Assembly: GCA_045221335.1 (NCBI GenBank)
Contig: JBGUWS010000017.1
Span: forward strand, 79,737-143,736
DNA length: 64,000 nt
Source of the DNA: Alphaproteobacteria bacterium
GTDB lineage: Bacteria > Pseudomonadota > Alphaproteobacteria > RF32 > CAG-239
Direction of reading: 5' to 3'
Below, one piece after another: positions 1 to 8,537 of this stretch. The notes beneath the pieces were generated by a model. It worked only from the letters and a program-made list of their open reading frames with translations, had not been told where the DNA came from and ran no database searches. Both the position numbers and the translations under genes were made by a program. Every line of letters begins with the position of its first letter. Position 1 is the first letter of the stretch.

Positions 1-422
1 AGCGGTGCTTTGGGTATGTGGATGATAACGATCATTGGGTGCCTGGGTTATACTATGATGTACTCGACAAGTACAAACTTGTCGTGCCCGACCCAGATTA
101 CGACCCGAGATGGATTGAGAAGAAGGGCAAAGAAGCCCAGGCCCGCATCGACGTCGAAATTGAGCAACAAAGAGCCCAAGCTCGACAGATTAAGGCTGAT
201 AGCATTGCCAAAGCCCAAGAAAAAGTCGGTCGAGCCGAGGCTGAGGTTAACAGGATGATGATGGAATCGTTGAACAACGATTCTCAGGCAGTGGCCCAGA
301 TCAGGGTTGCAAAGGAAATGAAAGATCTCCAAGGCACTCTTGTTCAGGGAGGAGCCGGTGTTATGGTCACTCCCAATCCCAACAGAAGCAACAACTCCGG
401 CAACGGAGGCTCCACCAACTGA
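1..422 (+). CDS. C-terminal part of an SPFH/band-7-like coiled-coil protein (5'-partial)
   Basis: Frame is open to the window edge. Ala/Glu/Gln-rich coiled coil (EQQRAQARQIKADSIAKAQEKVGRAEAE) and a GG-V-V tail resemble SPFH C-termini. Visibly GC-richer than neighbours (30/60 G+C in 61-120). Followed by a terminator. Confidence 0.55.
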   Translation, partial: RCFGYVDDNDHWVPGLYYDVLDKYKLVVPDPDYDPRWIEKKGKEAQARIDVEIEQQRAQARQIKADSIAKAQEKVGRAEAEVNRMMMESLNNDSQAVAQIRVAKEMKDLQGTLVQGGAGVMVTPNPNRSNNSGNGGSTN

Positions 423-448
423 TTTGATTACTCTAACTCTAACATTGG

Positions 449-487
449 GAGGGTCCCTGTGCGCTATGCACAGAGACCCTCTTTTTT
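449..487 (+). terminator. Intrinsic terminator
   Basis: GAGGGTCCCTGTGC-gctat-GCACAGAGACCCTC followed by T6. Confidence 0.85.
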
Positions 488-544
488 ATTGCGCAAACCT
501 TTTTTTTCTGCCAATATACCACCAAACAAAAAAAGGAGTATAAA

Positions 545-1051
545 ATGCAGCGTGTCGGAGAGTTTGAAAAAGTAAGCTTTGCCGAGTTCAAAAAAGCTTG
601 GCAAAAAAATTTTAATGATGATGAAGATTTATCAGCCCTTTATGATAAGATTACTCTGCCTTTAAGGGCAACAAACGGTTCTGCCGGTTATGATTTTTAT
701 ACCCCGATTGCTGTCACCCTAAAGCCGGGGCAAACCCTCCTTATCCCGACAGGTGTGCGTGTCAAGGTAGAAAATGGTTGGTTTTTAGCTATTGTCCCAA
801 AGTCCGGCTTGGGTTTCAAATACAGATTTCAGCTGGATAATACCATCGGTGTGATAGATAGTGATTATTACTATTCGGATAACGAAGGTCATATCTTTGT
901 TAAGATGACCAATGATAACAGAGAGCAAAAAACCTTAGAGCTTAAAGCCGGCGCATCAATTTGTCAGGGCATATTTTTGCCCTTTGGCATCACATATAGC
1001 GATAATGCAACCGGTATCCGTAACGGTGGTTTAGGCTCCACCTCAAAATAA
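545..1051 (+). CDS. dut: Trimeric dUTP diphosphatase
   Basis: Motifs SAGYDF, PKSG, GVIDSDY, QG and RNGGLGST; SD AAGGAG. Confidence 0.95.
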   Translation: MQRVGEFEKVSFAEFKKAWQKNFNDDEDLSALYDKITLPLRATNGSAGYDFYTPIAVTLKPGQTLLIPTGVRVKVENGWFLAIVPKSGLGFKYRFQLDNTIGVIDSDYYYSDNEGHIFVKMTNDNREQKTLELKAGASICQGIFLPFGITYSDNATGIRNGGLGSTSK

Positions 1052-1078
1052 AAAAAAAGGAGGGCTTGTGGCCACTCC
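1051..1078 (-). terminator. Intrinsic terminator between convergent genes
   Basis: Minus strand GGAGTGGC-caca-aGCCCTCC followed by T8. Confidence 0.7.
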
Positions 1079-1085
1079 CCAAATG

Positions 1086-1979
1086 TCAATTAAGACTAAA
1101 TTCAATGATTTCGGTCGGCTGTCCTTGAGTTTTGCCTGTTTTATCGGGTAAAATCTGTACCTTCACCCTTTCAGCAGGGAGCTCCGGTGGCATTTTCAAT
1201 TTCTCACCGGGAAGCAGCGCTTTTTCTTCCTCAAGCATTTGCTCCGTTACGGGTATATCAAGCTTTTCGAGAGAGCATAAACCGTTTTCATCAGTGTCTG
1301 CATAAAAGCAATGATACCCAGAATCAGGATCTCCAAGGATAATACGCTCATCTCTATGAACGTCGTAAGAAGAAAATGCCGCACAATTGATACGTTCAGT
1401 AAATCTTGAGTCTACCGGAATGAATTCTTGTTCATTGCCATTTAACTCAACACACCAAAAAACACCGATATACTTACCATCATAAAGGTTGTATCCTTTT
1501 ACCGGATAGCATTTAACAGAACTGCCTTCATCAGGTGGTGAGCATAGCTCCTTAATGAGAGAGGCCTGGAGCAAATAGCGAATCCTTATCACAGCAAGAG
1601 ACTCATCACTAACAGTGTTCATATAAGGTAACTTGTTTCTCCAAAAGATAGCGTTTATTGGAACTGGCATTATCTCTTTATCTTGAGACTCCCAAAAGCC
1701 TTCCAGATCATCCATCTTAAAAACCGGTATAAAGCGGTTACTGTAGTAAAAGTCCCCATCATCCGGATTTTTTATTAAAAAAGCCCAGAAATAATCGGGT
1801 TGAAAATCAGGTGAATTGGGTATAATACGAACCAAGCGTATACGTACCTCTTGAGTTTTATACTCTCGCATTATATCATCAAGGACTTCATTCTTGATTT
1901 GAGTAGTACTGTAACACATCAGCTTAGGATCTTCAAAATCAAGCAGCCACGAAATATCGTCACTAGAATTATCCGCCAT
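1086..1979 (-). CDS. Orphan protein, paralog A of a tandem triplet
   Basis: ORF, likely ATG at 1979 (MADNSS). Shares PDYFW, FIPVFK and CYPVKGY..DGKYIGVFWC with the two neighbours. Confidence 0.85.
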   Translation of the reverse strand: MADNSSDDISWLLDFEDPKLMCYSTTQIKNEVLDDIMREYKTQEVRIRLVRIIPNSPDFQPDYFWAFLIKNPDDGDFYYSNRFIPVFKMDDLEGFWESQDKEIMPVPINAIFWRNKLPYMNTVSDESLAVIRIRYLLQASLIKELCSPPDEGSSVKCYPVKGYNLYDGKYIGVFWCVELNGNEQEFIPVDSRFTERINCAAFSSYDVHRDERIILGDPDSGYHCFYADTDENGLCSLEKLDIPVTEQMLEEEKALLPGEKLKMPPELPAERVKVQILPDKTGKTQGQPTEIIEFSLN

Positions 1980-2028
1980 AATAATCAAGTTTTAAATGAT
2001 TAACATTATGCTTATTTACACGCCGAAA

Positions 2029-2056
2029 ATTATAGAAAAGTTATTAAAAATGTCAA
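2029..2056 (-). promoter_or_regulatory. sigma70-type promoter of paralog A
   Basis: TTGACA-16 nt-TATAAT on the minus strand. Confidence 0.7.
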
Positions 2057-2090
2057 GGGTTTAAAAGCTAAACTAAGGTATCCTTAAACG

Positions 2091-2128
2091 GGCCAAGGGG
2101 AGAAGCATGGCGCTTTCTCCCCTCGGTC
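2091..2128 (-). terminator. 3' hairpin of paralog B
   Basis: GACCGAGGGGAGAAAGC...GCTTCTCCCCTTGGCC stem directly after the stop codon; weak U-tract (CGTTTAA). Confidence 0.6.
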
Positions 2129-2998
2129 TCAACGATTAAATTCAATAATGTGAGTTGTTTGTTGACTTTTCGGCTGTACGTTAGGTGGCTGAAATTCAAT
2201 GATGTTTGCTTGTGTTTGTTTTGGGGAATCTCCTTCCAGGGGAATATCCTCTTGCGCACGCAACTTCTTTGTAACTCGAATCTGTTGCTTCTCAAAACCA
2301 AACATGCCTTCTTCATCAATCTCTGCTTTGTAGAGGGTATCATTGATAATAGCATGATCTCCGTTACTAATCGGATAAAAGTAAGCATGATATTCACCAC
2401 TTTTCGGAAGTTTGAGCCTCTCTACCAGTTTTAAGTCAACCGGCATATAGAACTCATCGTCATCCAACTGAATGCACCAGAAGACACTGATATATTTCCC
2501 GTTATAAACATCATAACCCTTTACCGGATAGCAATCTATAAGTCGTCGTCCTTCCGGAATAGCAATATATTTGCGAACAAGATCTTCGCTAAACACCAGA
2601 CGAACCTTCGAAATTATAGTATCACAATCTTCTGTATAAGTAACGACATAGAGCTTACCCTCTCTGGGAAAGGGAACAAACGGGGTGACAGGTACAACAT
2701 CCTTAATTGACGGTATTCTGAAGTTATCAAGGTTAACCTTCTTAAAAGCCGGTATAAATCCGCGATAGTGGGTTTTGTCTCTCTCTTCCACGGATAAGGC
2801 CCAGTAATAATCAGGTTCTAACCCAAGCAACTTTGGAACAACGTAAACCAGGTCAACATAAGCACCTTCAGCAATGAGTTCAGGAAACTTGCTTGAGAAC
2901 ATATCATAAGCATCAGCATCACTTCCAACGGGACAATCACTGCTATCGTCAAGTTCAAACAACTCTCGATCTTTAATTTTACTCAAATCATCGGTCAT
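2129..2998 (-). CDS. Orphan protein, paralog B
   Basis: PDYYW, FIPAFK, CYPVKGYDVYNGKYISVFWC; duplicated IIEF tail. Confidence 0.85.
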   Translation of the reverse strand: MTDDLSKIKDRELFELDDSSDCPVGSDADAYDMFSSKFPELIAEGAYVDLVYVVPKLLGLEPDYYWALSVEERDKTHYRGFIPAFKKVNLDNFRIPSIKDVVPVTPFVPFPREGKLYVVTYTEDCDTIISKVRLVFSEDLVRKYIAIPEGRRLIDCYPVKGYDVYNGKYISVFWCIQLDDDEFYMPVDLKLVERLKLPKSGEYHAYFYPISNGDHAIINDTLYKAEIDEEGMFGFEKQQIRVTKKLRAQEDIPLEGDSPKQTQANIIEFQPPNVQPKSQQTTHIIEFNR

Positions 2999-3044
2999 AA
3001 TAATCGTGCTTAATTATTAACATTTGGCTATTTACTCACCGCAC

Positions 3045-3072
3045 ATTGTAGGATCGTTTTTCTATTTGTCAA
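3045..3072 (-). promoter_or_regulatory. sigma70-type promoter of paralog B
   Basis: TTGACA-16 nt-TACAAT. Confidence 0.7.
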
Positions 3073-3108
3073 GGGCTTTACCGCTCTATAATATTTCTTT
3101 TAAACGAC

Positions 3109-3141
3109 ACTGAGGGAAAAGCCTATAGCCTTTCCCTCAGT
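3109..3141 (-). terminator. 3' hairpin of paralog C
   Basis: ACTGAGGGAAAGGC-tatag-GCTTTTCCCTCAGT followed by GTCGTTTAA. Confidence 0.6.
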
Positions 3142-3146
3142 CATCA

Positions 3147-3923
3147 TCAATGCGAAATACGTAGTGCTCGCGTTCTGCTGGCATCATTCATCAAATCAGT
3201 ATCGTCCGTAATTTTGATTCCCGTACTCACAAAAGAAAAACCATCCTCGTTATAATCTGCCCTAAAGTAATATTTACCGATAACAACATATTCACCGTTG
3301 TTAATCGGAAGGCAATAAATACGAGAGTTCTTTTTTGTTTGTTTCAAATGCGAATCCACAGACAAACGAATGCATTCGTCCAAGGTCGGTTTAATAACCC
3401 AAAAAACACCGACATACTTCCCATCAGAAACACTGTACCCTTTCACCGGATGACAATCATAACACTCTCTTTTATACAAAAGTCGCATCATGTTAGCTAC
3501 CGTCTGCGTTGACAATAACATGCGCGGCTTCAGGAAAATAAGGTCATGATCCTGGCTTGACGTAATAACATAGGGTATACCCTGTCTTAAAATCATGCCG
3601 TCAAAAACAAGACTAACCTGGCATTTATCATAGGGTAACCTATGAAACCTATCCAGATAATCATTCTTAAAGACGGGCAAGAGATCTAAAACATAATCAT
3701 CCCCCATAGATATACAGAGCCAAAAGAAATCAGGCGGAATCTCATTTGAGATTGTACTGACATGCACCAAGTTAATCCTCATATCTTGAGGGGCAACCTC
3801 AGGGTGCAATTGACGGAAACGAGCAGAAGCATCAGAAAAACGGCCACAAACACAGTCAGATCCCGGTGGATCATATAGCCAAGGTTCACCGACTTTTTTA
3901 AGTTTTCCTAGATTTTTCGCCAT
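3147..3923 (-). CDS. Orphan protein, paralog C
   Basis: PPDFFW, LLPVFK, CHPVKGYSVSDGKYVGVFW. Confidence 0.85.
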   Translation of the reverse strand: MAKNLGKLKKVGEPWLYDPPGSDCVCGRFSDASARFRQLHPEVAPQDMRINLVHVSTISNEIPPDFFWLCISMGDDYVLDLLPVFKNDYLDRFHRLPYDKCQVSLVFDGMILRQGIPYVITSSQDHDLIFLKPRMLLSTQTVANMMRLLYKRECYDCHPVKGYSVSDGKYVGVFWVIKPTLDECIRLSVDSHLKQTKKNSRIYCLPINNGEYVVIGKYYFRADYNEDGFSFVSTGIKITDDTDLMNDASRTRALRISH

Positions 3924-3975
3924 ATTATAATAGTTTAGTTCGTAATAGACATCATTATTTCAACATCCGATGCCC

Positions 3976-4003
3976 ATCTTAAAGGAGTTTTAGGTGAAGT
4001 CAA
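3976..4003 (-). promoter_or_regulatory. sigma70-type promoter of paralog C
   Basis: TTGACT-16 nt-TAAGAT. Confidence 0.6.
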
Positions 4004-4019
4004 GGCTTTTAGAAATAAT

Positions 4020-5462
4020 TCACCGCCAGCGTATTTTTCCCAATAAAACAATAACGGTAATAACCTCAAGCCTTCCTAAGACCATCACAAAAGAAAGAAT
4101 ATATTTTACAAAAGAAGAAAATTCAGAAAAATTACCCCTCGGGCCGATTTCAGTCGTAAATCCGCTACCGACACCGGTAATATTGCCGACAACAGCCCCC
4201 AAAGCGGTCATAAAATCAAGTCCCGAAAAAGATAATACCGCCGTGAAAAATAAAATAGCAAAAATAAATCCCAAAATTAAAGCAAAAACAGATGAAGCAA
4301 TGTTATTATCAATCACTTTGTCTCCCACCTTCATAACAGCCACCTGATGCGGAGATAATGATTTAATGATGTGCTGTTTTAAGAATGCACTTACCACCTG
4401 CCAACGAAACATCTTAATAGAGCCGGTTGTTGATCCTGTACAGCCACCATGCAGGAATAAAAATAAAAACAAAATAACACTCCAACTGCCCCAAGAAAGA
4501 AAGTCTGCGGAAAATATTCCGGCTGTACTTAGGGCTGCAATCAGGTTAAAACCAACCACCCTGAGAGCTTTAAGATATGAAACATCATGCTGATAGGCAT
4601 AATATCCTGATAACACAACAATATAAAAACAAACCAATTTCAGAAATGTATTAACCTGTGAATTTCCTTTTAATGCTTCTATATTCCGCCGCTTAAACAG
4701 CAAAATAAAATAGGTGATAGGTAAAGCACCCAAAAGCATAAAACAAGCAACAATAGTTTCAATCGTGGCACTGTTATAATAAGAAATAGAGTTGTTTTTA
4801 ATCGAAAAACCGCCGGTACTTATAGTCGAAAGCGCCCATGTAACGGCATCAAACCAGTTCATACCAAAAAACTTGAGCAAAGCGGCACAGCAAATATTGA
4901 GCACAATATACATAAGGATAATGTCATTGGCAATATAACTGATTTTGGGTAAAAATTTGTCTTCTGTATCAGAGTTTTCCTTGCTAAACAGGTGCATACC
5001 ACCGGTTCCTAAAAAGGGAGAAAGCGCAACTGCAAAAATAACAATACCGACACCGCCCAGACCGTTAAGCATTGAACGCCATAAAAGCAGGGATTTGGAT
5101 TGTGCCTCCACATCAGATAAAATAGTCGCTCCGGCAGTCGTAATACCGGCCGTTGCCTCAAAAACAGCATCATGAAAAGTATGTATGCTACCATTATTAA
5201 TAAGGGGCAGGGCACAGATAACAGGAGTTAAGAACCAAGAAAAAATGGTGATCAAATAACCTTGTAAAATGGAGATCTTTTTAATTTTACCATAGTTAGC
5301 CAGAAATAAGGCACCACCCAAAAAGATAGCGATGATACCGCTTTGAACAAACAACATATCATAAGAACCGGTGTAATAATACTGTGCTGTTGCCGGAACC
5401 ATCATCATGATTCCTAGCACCAACATAATAAATCCGTTAATCATTAAAACAGGTTGCCACAT
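4020..5462 (-). CDS. trkH: Trk potassium uptake permease
   Basis: Multi-TM protein with pore motifs FEATAGITTAG, STISTGGF, GGCTGSTTGSIK and MVLGRLE. Confidence 0.95.
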   Translation of the reverse strand: MWQPVLMINGFIMLVLGIMMMVPATAQYYYTGSYDMLFVQSGIIAIFLGGALFLANYGKIKKISILQGYLITIFSWFLTPVICALPLINNGSIHTFHDAVFEATAGITTAGATILSDVEAQSKSLLLWRSMLNGLGGVGIVIFAVALSPFLGTGGMHLFSKENSDTEDKFLPKISYIANDIILMYIVLNICCAALLKFFGMNWFDAVTWALSTISTGGFSIKNNSISYYNSATIETIVACFMLLGALPITYFILLFKRRNIEALKGNSQVNTFLKLVCFYIVVLSGYYAYQHDVSYLKALRVVGFNLIAALSTAGIFSADFLSWGSWSVILFLFLFLHGGCTGSTTGSIKMFRWQVVSAFLKQHIIKSLSPHQVAVMKVGDKVIDNNIASSVFALILGFIFAILFFTAVLSFSGLDFMTALGAVVGNITGVGSGFTTEIGPRGNFSEFSSFVKYILSFVMVLGRLEVITVIVLLGKIRWR

Positions 5463-5545
5463 CGTCTCTTATTATCCTTTAGTGTTTGTCAAAGACATCA
5501 TAGTAAAAAAATGTTGTTTTTCAATACATACCAGCTTTTTCCCAC

Positions 5546-5573
5546 AAAAAAAGCTCTCTTGCAAAGAGAGCTT
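5546..5573 (-). terminator. Intrinsic terminator
   Basis: AAGCTCTCTT-gca-AAGAGAGCTT with flanking A/T runs. Confidence 0.75.
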
Positions 5574-5605
5574 AAAAATAACTCATATTAAAAGAAGATG
5601 TTAGA

Positions 5606-8413
5606 TTACCTTTGTAATCCGGAACTTAAAAACATTGTACTGGTTAAATCATAAACAATGTTTGCCGCACTACTTCTGGCCTCAGTTTGTGCTCTGGCTT
5701 TAGCCTCAGCTTCTGCTTTGGCAACAGAATCGTTGTATTGCTGTAGCTGCTTTTTGTATTGACTGACTTCTTTTTTGACATGTTTTTCAGCTACCCTGTC
5801 AATACTAAGACCGATATCGGCAAAATAACCCCCATTTCCGTAACGGGAACGAGACCTCATATATCTTGCAAATGTATTCTCATTTCCCCAGTGCTGATTG
5901 TTAAAAGCACTATAGGTATAAGCATCTGAAGAGGCTACTTCTGCAGGTTGGAAAAATGTCTGGTGGTGATATCGTCCATTTCCGCGTGGAGCCCAGCCAA
6001 AAACAATGGCATGCTTATTTTTCTTCATATAAGCTGCAATATCTTTTTGTAAATTTTTTGATTTAACAACAGTTTGTGTTAATGATGCTAAGTCATCTCT
6101 CAAGCTGTTGCAGTAGTGCACGTTTCTGCATTTATAAAGAATTTCTTTAACAGCTTTGGTAACCGGACTTTCCGGATTTTCTTCACTGAATTTATCAGTT
6201 GCCTGACACAAACTGGCAATACTCATGCCGGCACAATGGAGTCCGACAGATAGATTGGATAATCCGTACCGATGTAAGGCCTGATTGGCCTCTCGGAAGG
6301 TTTGGCTCTTTTGTCCGTGTTCCAATTTAACGAAATTATCATAGCAACATTGCATATAAATCCTAGAGAAAGTCTCTAAATCGCGATCTTTTCGTTGCGT
6401 TAGGAGGCTGTCATATTCCGCTACACCTAACAACTGAATGTCTGGAGTGCTAAAGAAAATATTATCAGCAAAGGACTGAGTATCAATATTTGATTTATCA
6501 TTGCCAAAAGTAGGTTCAAAGGCATAGAAAACATTGTCTTGATAAGGCTGATTAACAATCTTTTCTCCTTCAGGAAGCGTTACCGATCCATTTTGCAATA
6601 AATTGGCTCTTAACAGTTCAAATAATTGTCCTTCTTCTTTGGCATTAACAGATGTTTCGTTAATAACGGCAATCATTTGACGCCAATCATTGAGGCGAAC
6701 GCTTTTGCCTTCCGCGAGTTTATCCAAGGCCTCTTGCTGTGCTAAAGAAAGTGCTTTTCCTTTCACTTCATAAAAATCTGAAACACCTTGTGCTAAAGCG
6801 GCAATATCACTATTTTCTTCGTGTGCCAGGATATTATAGAGATAAGCAGCAATGCTTCTGTTATGCATAAATCCAATGTCATACTTATCATAAATCTGAG
6901 CTTTAGCAATAACTCGCGCTTGATCAAATGAAAGATTTTGATAACTCTTAATGCGATACATATTAGCCAGCGGCTTGTTCTCTTTGATAAAAGCATTATA
7001 CATAGCCAGAGAAATACCATATTTGTTCTGTTTTCCCATGGATTCGTTACTCTTATTAAAGCAGTAATTGAAGAAATCAACATTTGGAACGTGTGCTAAA
7101 GCATCGTTTCTCACCAAAGGGCAGGGAAGATTGTAATCATGTTGATCTAAAGCCTCTCCTTCTGCAAGCGTCTGCCAAAAATCAGATGTACCACTGACAT
7201 CAAGTGCAGATTGATCCAATAAATCTGGATGGTAAGTGAAGTCAGTAAAATCTGGACAAAGAAGTCTTGATCGTGCCATACGATCATTTTTAAGAAGAGG
7301 ACTGTTGATTGAACAGGTAATATTCTCCGTTTTAATCACAGGTTTTAAGGGATATAACTTTTGAAAAATACTGTATCCGCCAATAACAAAGGAAAGAGAA
7401 GCTGCAGCATATATCAAAGGCTTTTTATTTTTCTGCCAAAATTCCTTTTCATGGGAAAAAACTTTTAGTTTTGCTGGCTCTAAATATTTTTGAGGATTAA
7501 ACGAAATCTTTAACGGATAAGCCTTCAGTTTTTGCCAATATTCCTTTTGCCAGTGCAACAAGAGCCGACGCTGTAATTGATATTTCCTCTTGTAATCAGA
7601 GATGCGACGTAGTGCTTTTCGTTTTAGTCTATTCTTTTTAGCATATTGAACATTTAAGTCAAAATGTATACGGATATGAGGAATTTTAACTTTTTTAAGC
7701 AATTTCCGAGCCGTTTTTACGCCATAATCCTGAGCTTTTTTAACGCTATAAGAACGCTTTTTAGCTAAATGCTGTTTTTCAGGAGCAGTTTCCTGTTGAG
7801 ATGGAGTATCATCATGATGGGTATAATCATATAAAAACTCTCTTAAGGAGCCGTTATATCTTGATAAAGCCGTTTTAAATTCGACTTGATGTTGCTTTGA
7901 AACATGAAGACCATCTACAACCATCTGAAGAGAAAGATAATTAGAGTGTTTCCCCATCTTTTTAGCCGGTTGATCAATTAAGGCAAGACCTTCGTTATCT
8001 TTCAAATTTGATAATTTCAAAACAAGATTGTCAACATCAACAACATCGTTTTTGATATCTTCTTTTTCCTCAACTACCGGATATTCAAATTCTTTAAGTG
8101 CCCGAATAGAAATTTTCTTTTGCGCAATTTTTTCCTTAACCTCTGCAATGAGCATTTGGTGGGCTTCACTATAGGCAACAACATCTGGGAGCGATTTTTT
8201 CTCTACCAGTTCTCTGGCCAGTCTATCTTCTTTTCCAATATTCTTATATAAATATGTTCGAACAGCCTCATCATATTCTTCAACAAGGCGAAGATATTTA
8301 TCTTTATTATTTCTATATTCACTCCATGTTGGAGAAAGCCCCATAACATTCAATTTTTCAAGCATTTCTCCAAATAGCTTTTCATCCTGAGTTTTATTTA
8401 GAACTTTGGTCAT
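5606..8413 (-). CDS. Large single-pass membrane protein with GH108-like and putative Cys/His peptidase regions
   Basis: Basic region, one TM (LIYAAASLSFVIGGYSIF), KYGIS...NLSFDQARVIAK..IYDKY...IAAYLYN (GH108-like), and C-terminal LHCAG...HHQTF. The ORF is certain; the function is inferred. Confidence 0.55.
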   Translation of the reverse strand: MTKVLNKTQDEKLFGEMLEKLNVMGLSPTWSEYRNNKDKYLRLVEEYDEAVRTYLYKNIGKEDRLARELVEKKSLPDVVAYSEAHQMLIAEVKEKIAQKKISIRALKEFEYPVVEEKEDIKNDVVDVDNLVLKLSNLKDNEGLALIDQPAKKMGKHSNYLSLQMVVDGLHVSKQHQVEFKTALSRYNGSLREFLYDYTHHDDTPSQQETAPEKQHLAKKRSYSVKKAQDYGVKTARKLLKKVKIPHIRIHFDLNVQYAKKNRLKRKALRRISDYKRKYQLQRRLLLHWQKEYWQKLKAYPLKISFNPQKYLEPAKLKVFSHEKEFWQKNKKPLIYAAASLSFVIGGYSIFQKLYPLKPVIKTENITCSINSPLLKNDRMARSRLLCPDFTDFTYHPDLLDQSALDVSGTSDFWQTLAEGEALDQHDYNLPCPLVRNDALAHVPNVDFFNYCFNKSNESMGKQNKYGISLAMYNAFIKENKPLANMYRIKSYQNLSFDQARVIAKAQIYDKYDIGFMHNRSIAAYLYNILAHEENSDIAALAQGVSDFYEVKGKALSLAQQEALDKLAEGKSVRLNDWRQMIAVINETSVNAKEEGQLFELLRANLLQNGSVTLPEGEKIVNQPYQDNVFYAFEPTFGNDKSNIDTQSFADNIFFSTPDIQLLGVAEYDSLLTQRKDRDLETFSRIYMQCCYDNFVKLEHGQKSQTFREANQALHRYGLSNLSVGLHCAGMSIASLCQATDKFSEENPESPVTKAVKEILYKCRNVHYCNSLRDDLASLTQTVVKSKNLQKDIAAYMKKNKHAIVFGWAPRGNGRYHHQTFFQPAEVASSDAYTYSAFNNQHWGNENTFARYMRSRSRYGNGGYFADIGLSIDRVAEKHVKKEVSQYKKQLQQYNDSVAKAEAEAKARAQTEARSSAANIVYDLTSTMFLSSGLQR

Positions 8414-8496
8414 GAGATGTTTCCGTAAAAAATTAGATTTGCATTTCTTATATCACAAAATAAACAAAAAATCAACAAATATTTTAACGTTTTGGC

Positions 8497-8532
8497 AAAA
8501 AAAATTCCCCGGGACCGAAGTCAACCAGGGAA
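8497..8532 (-). terminator. Intrinsic terminator of the lipoprotein gene
   Basis: Minus strand TTCCCTGG..GAC-TTCG-GTC-CCGGGGAA followed by T8. Confidence 0.75.
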
Positions 8533-8537
8533 AAATT

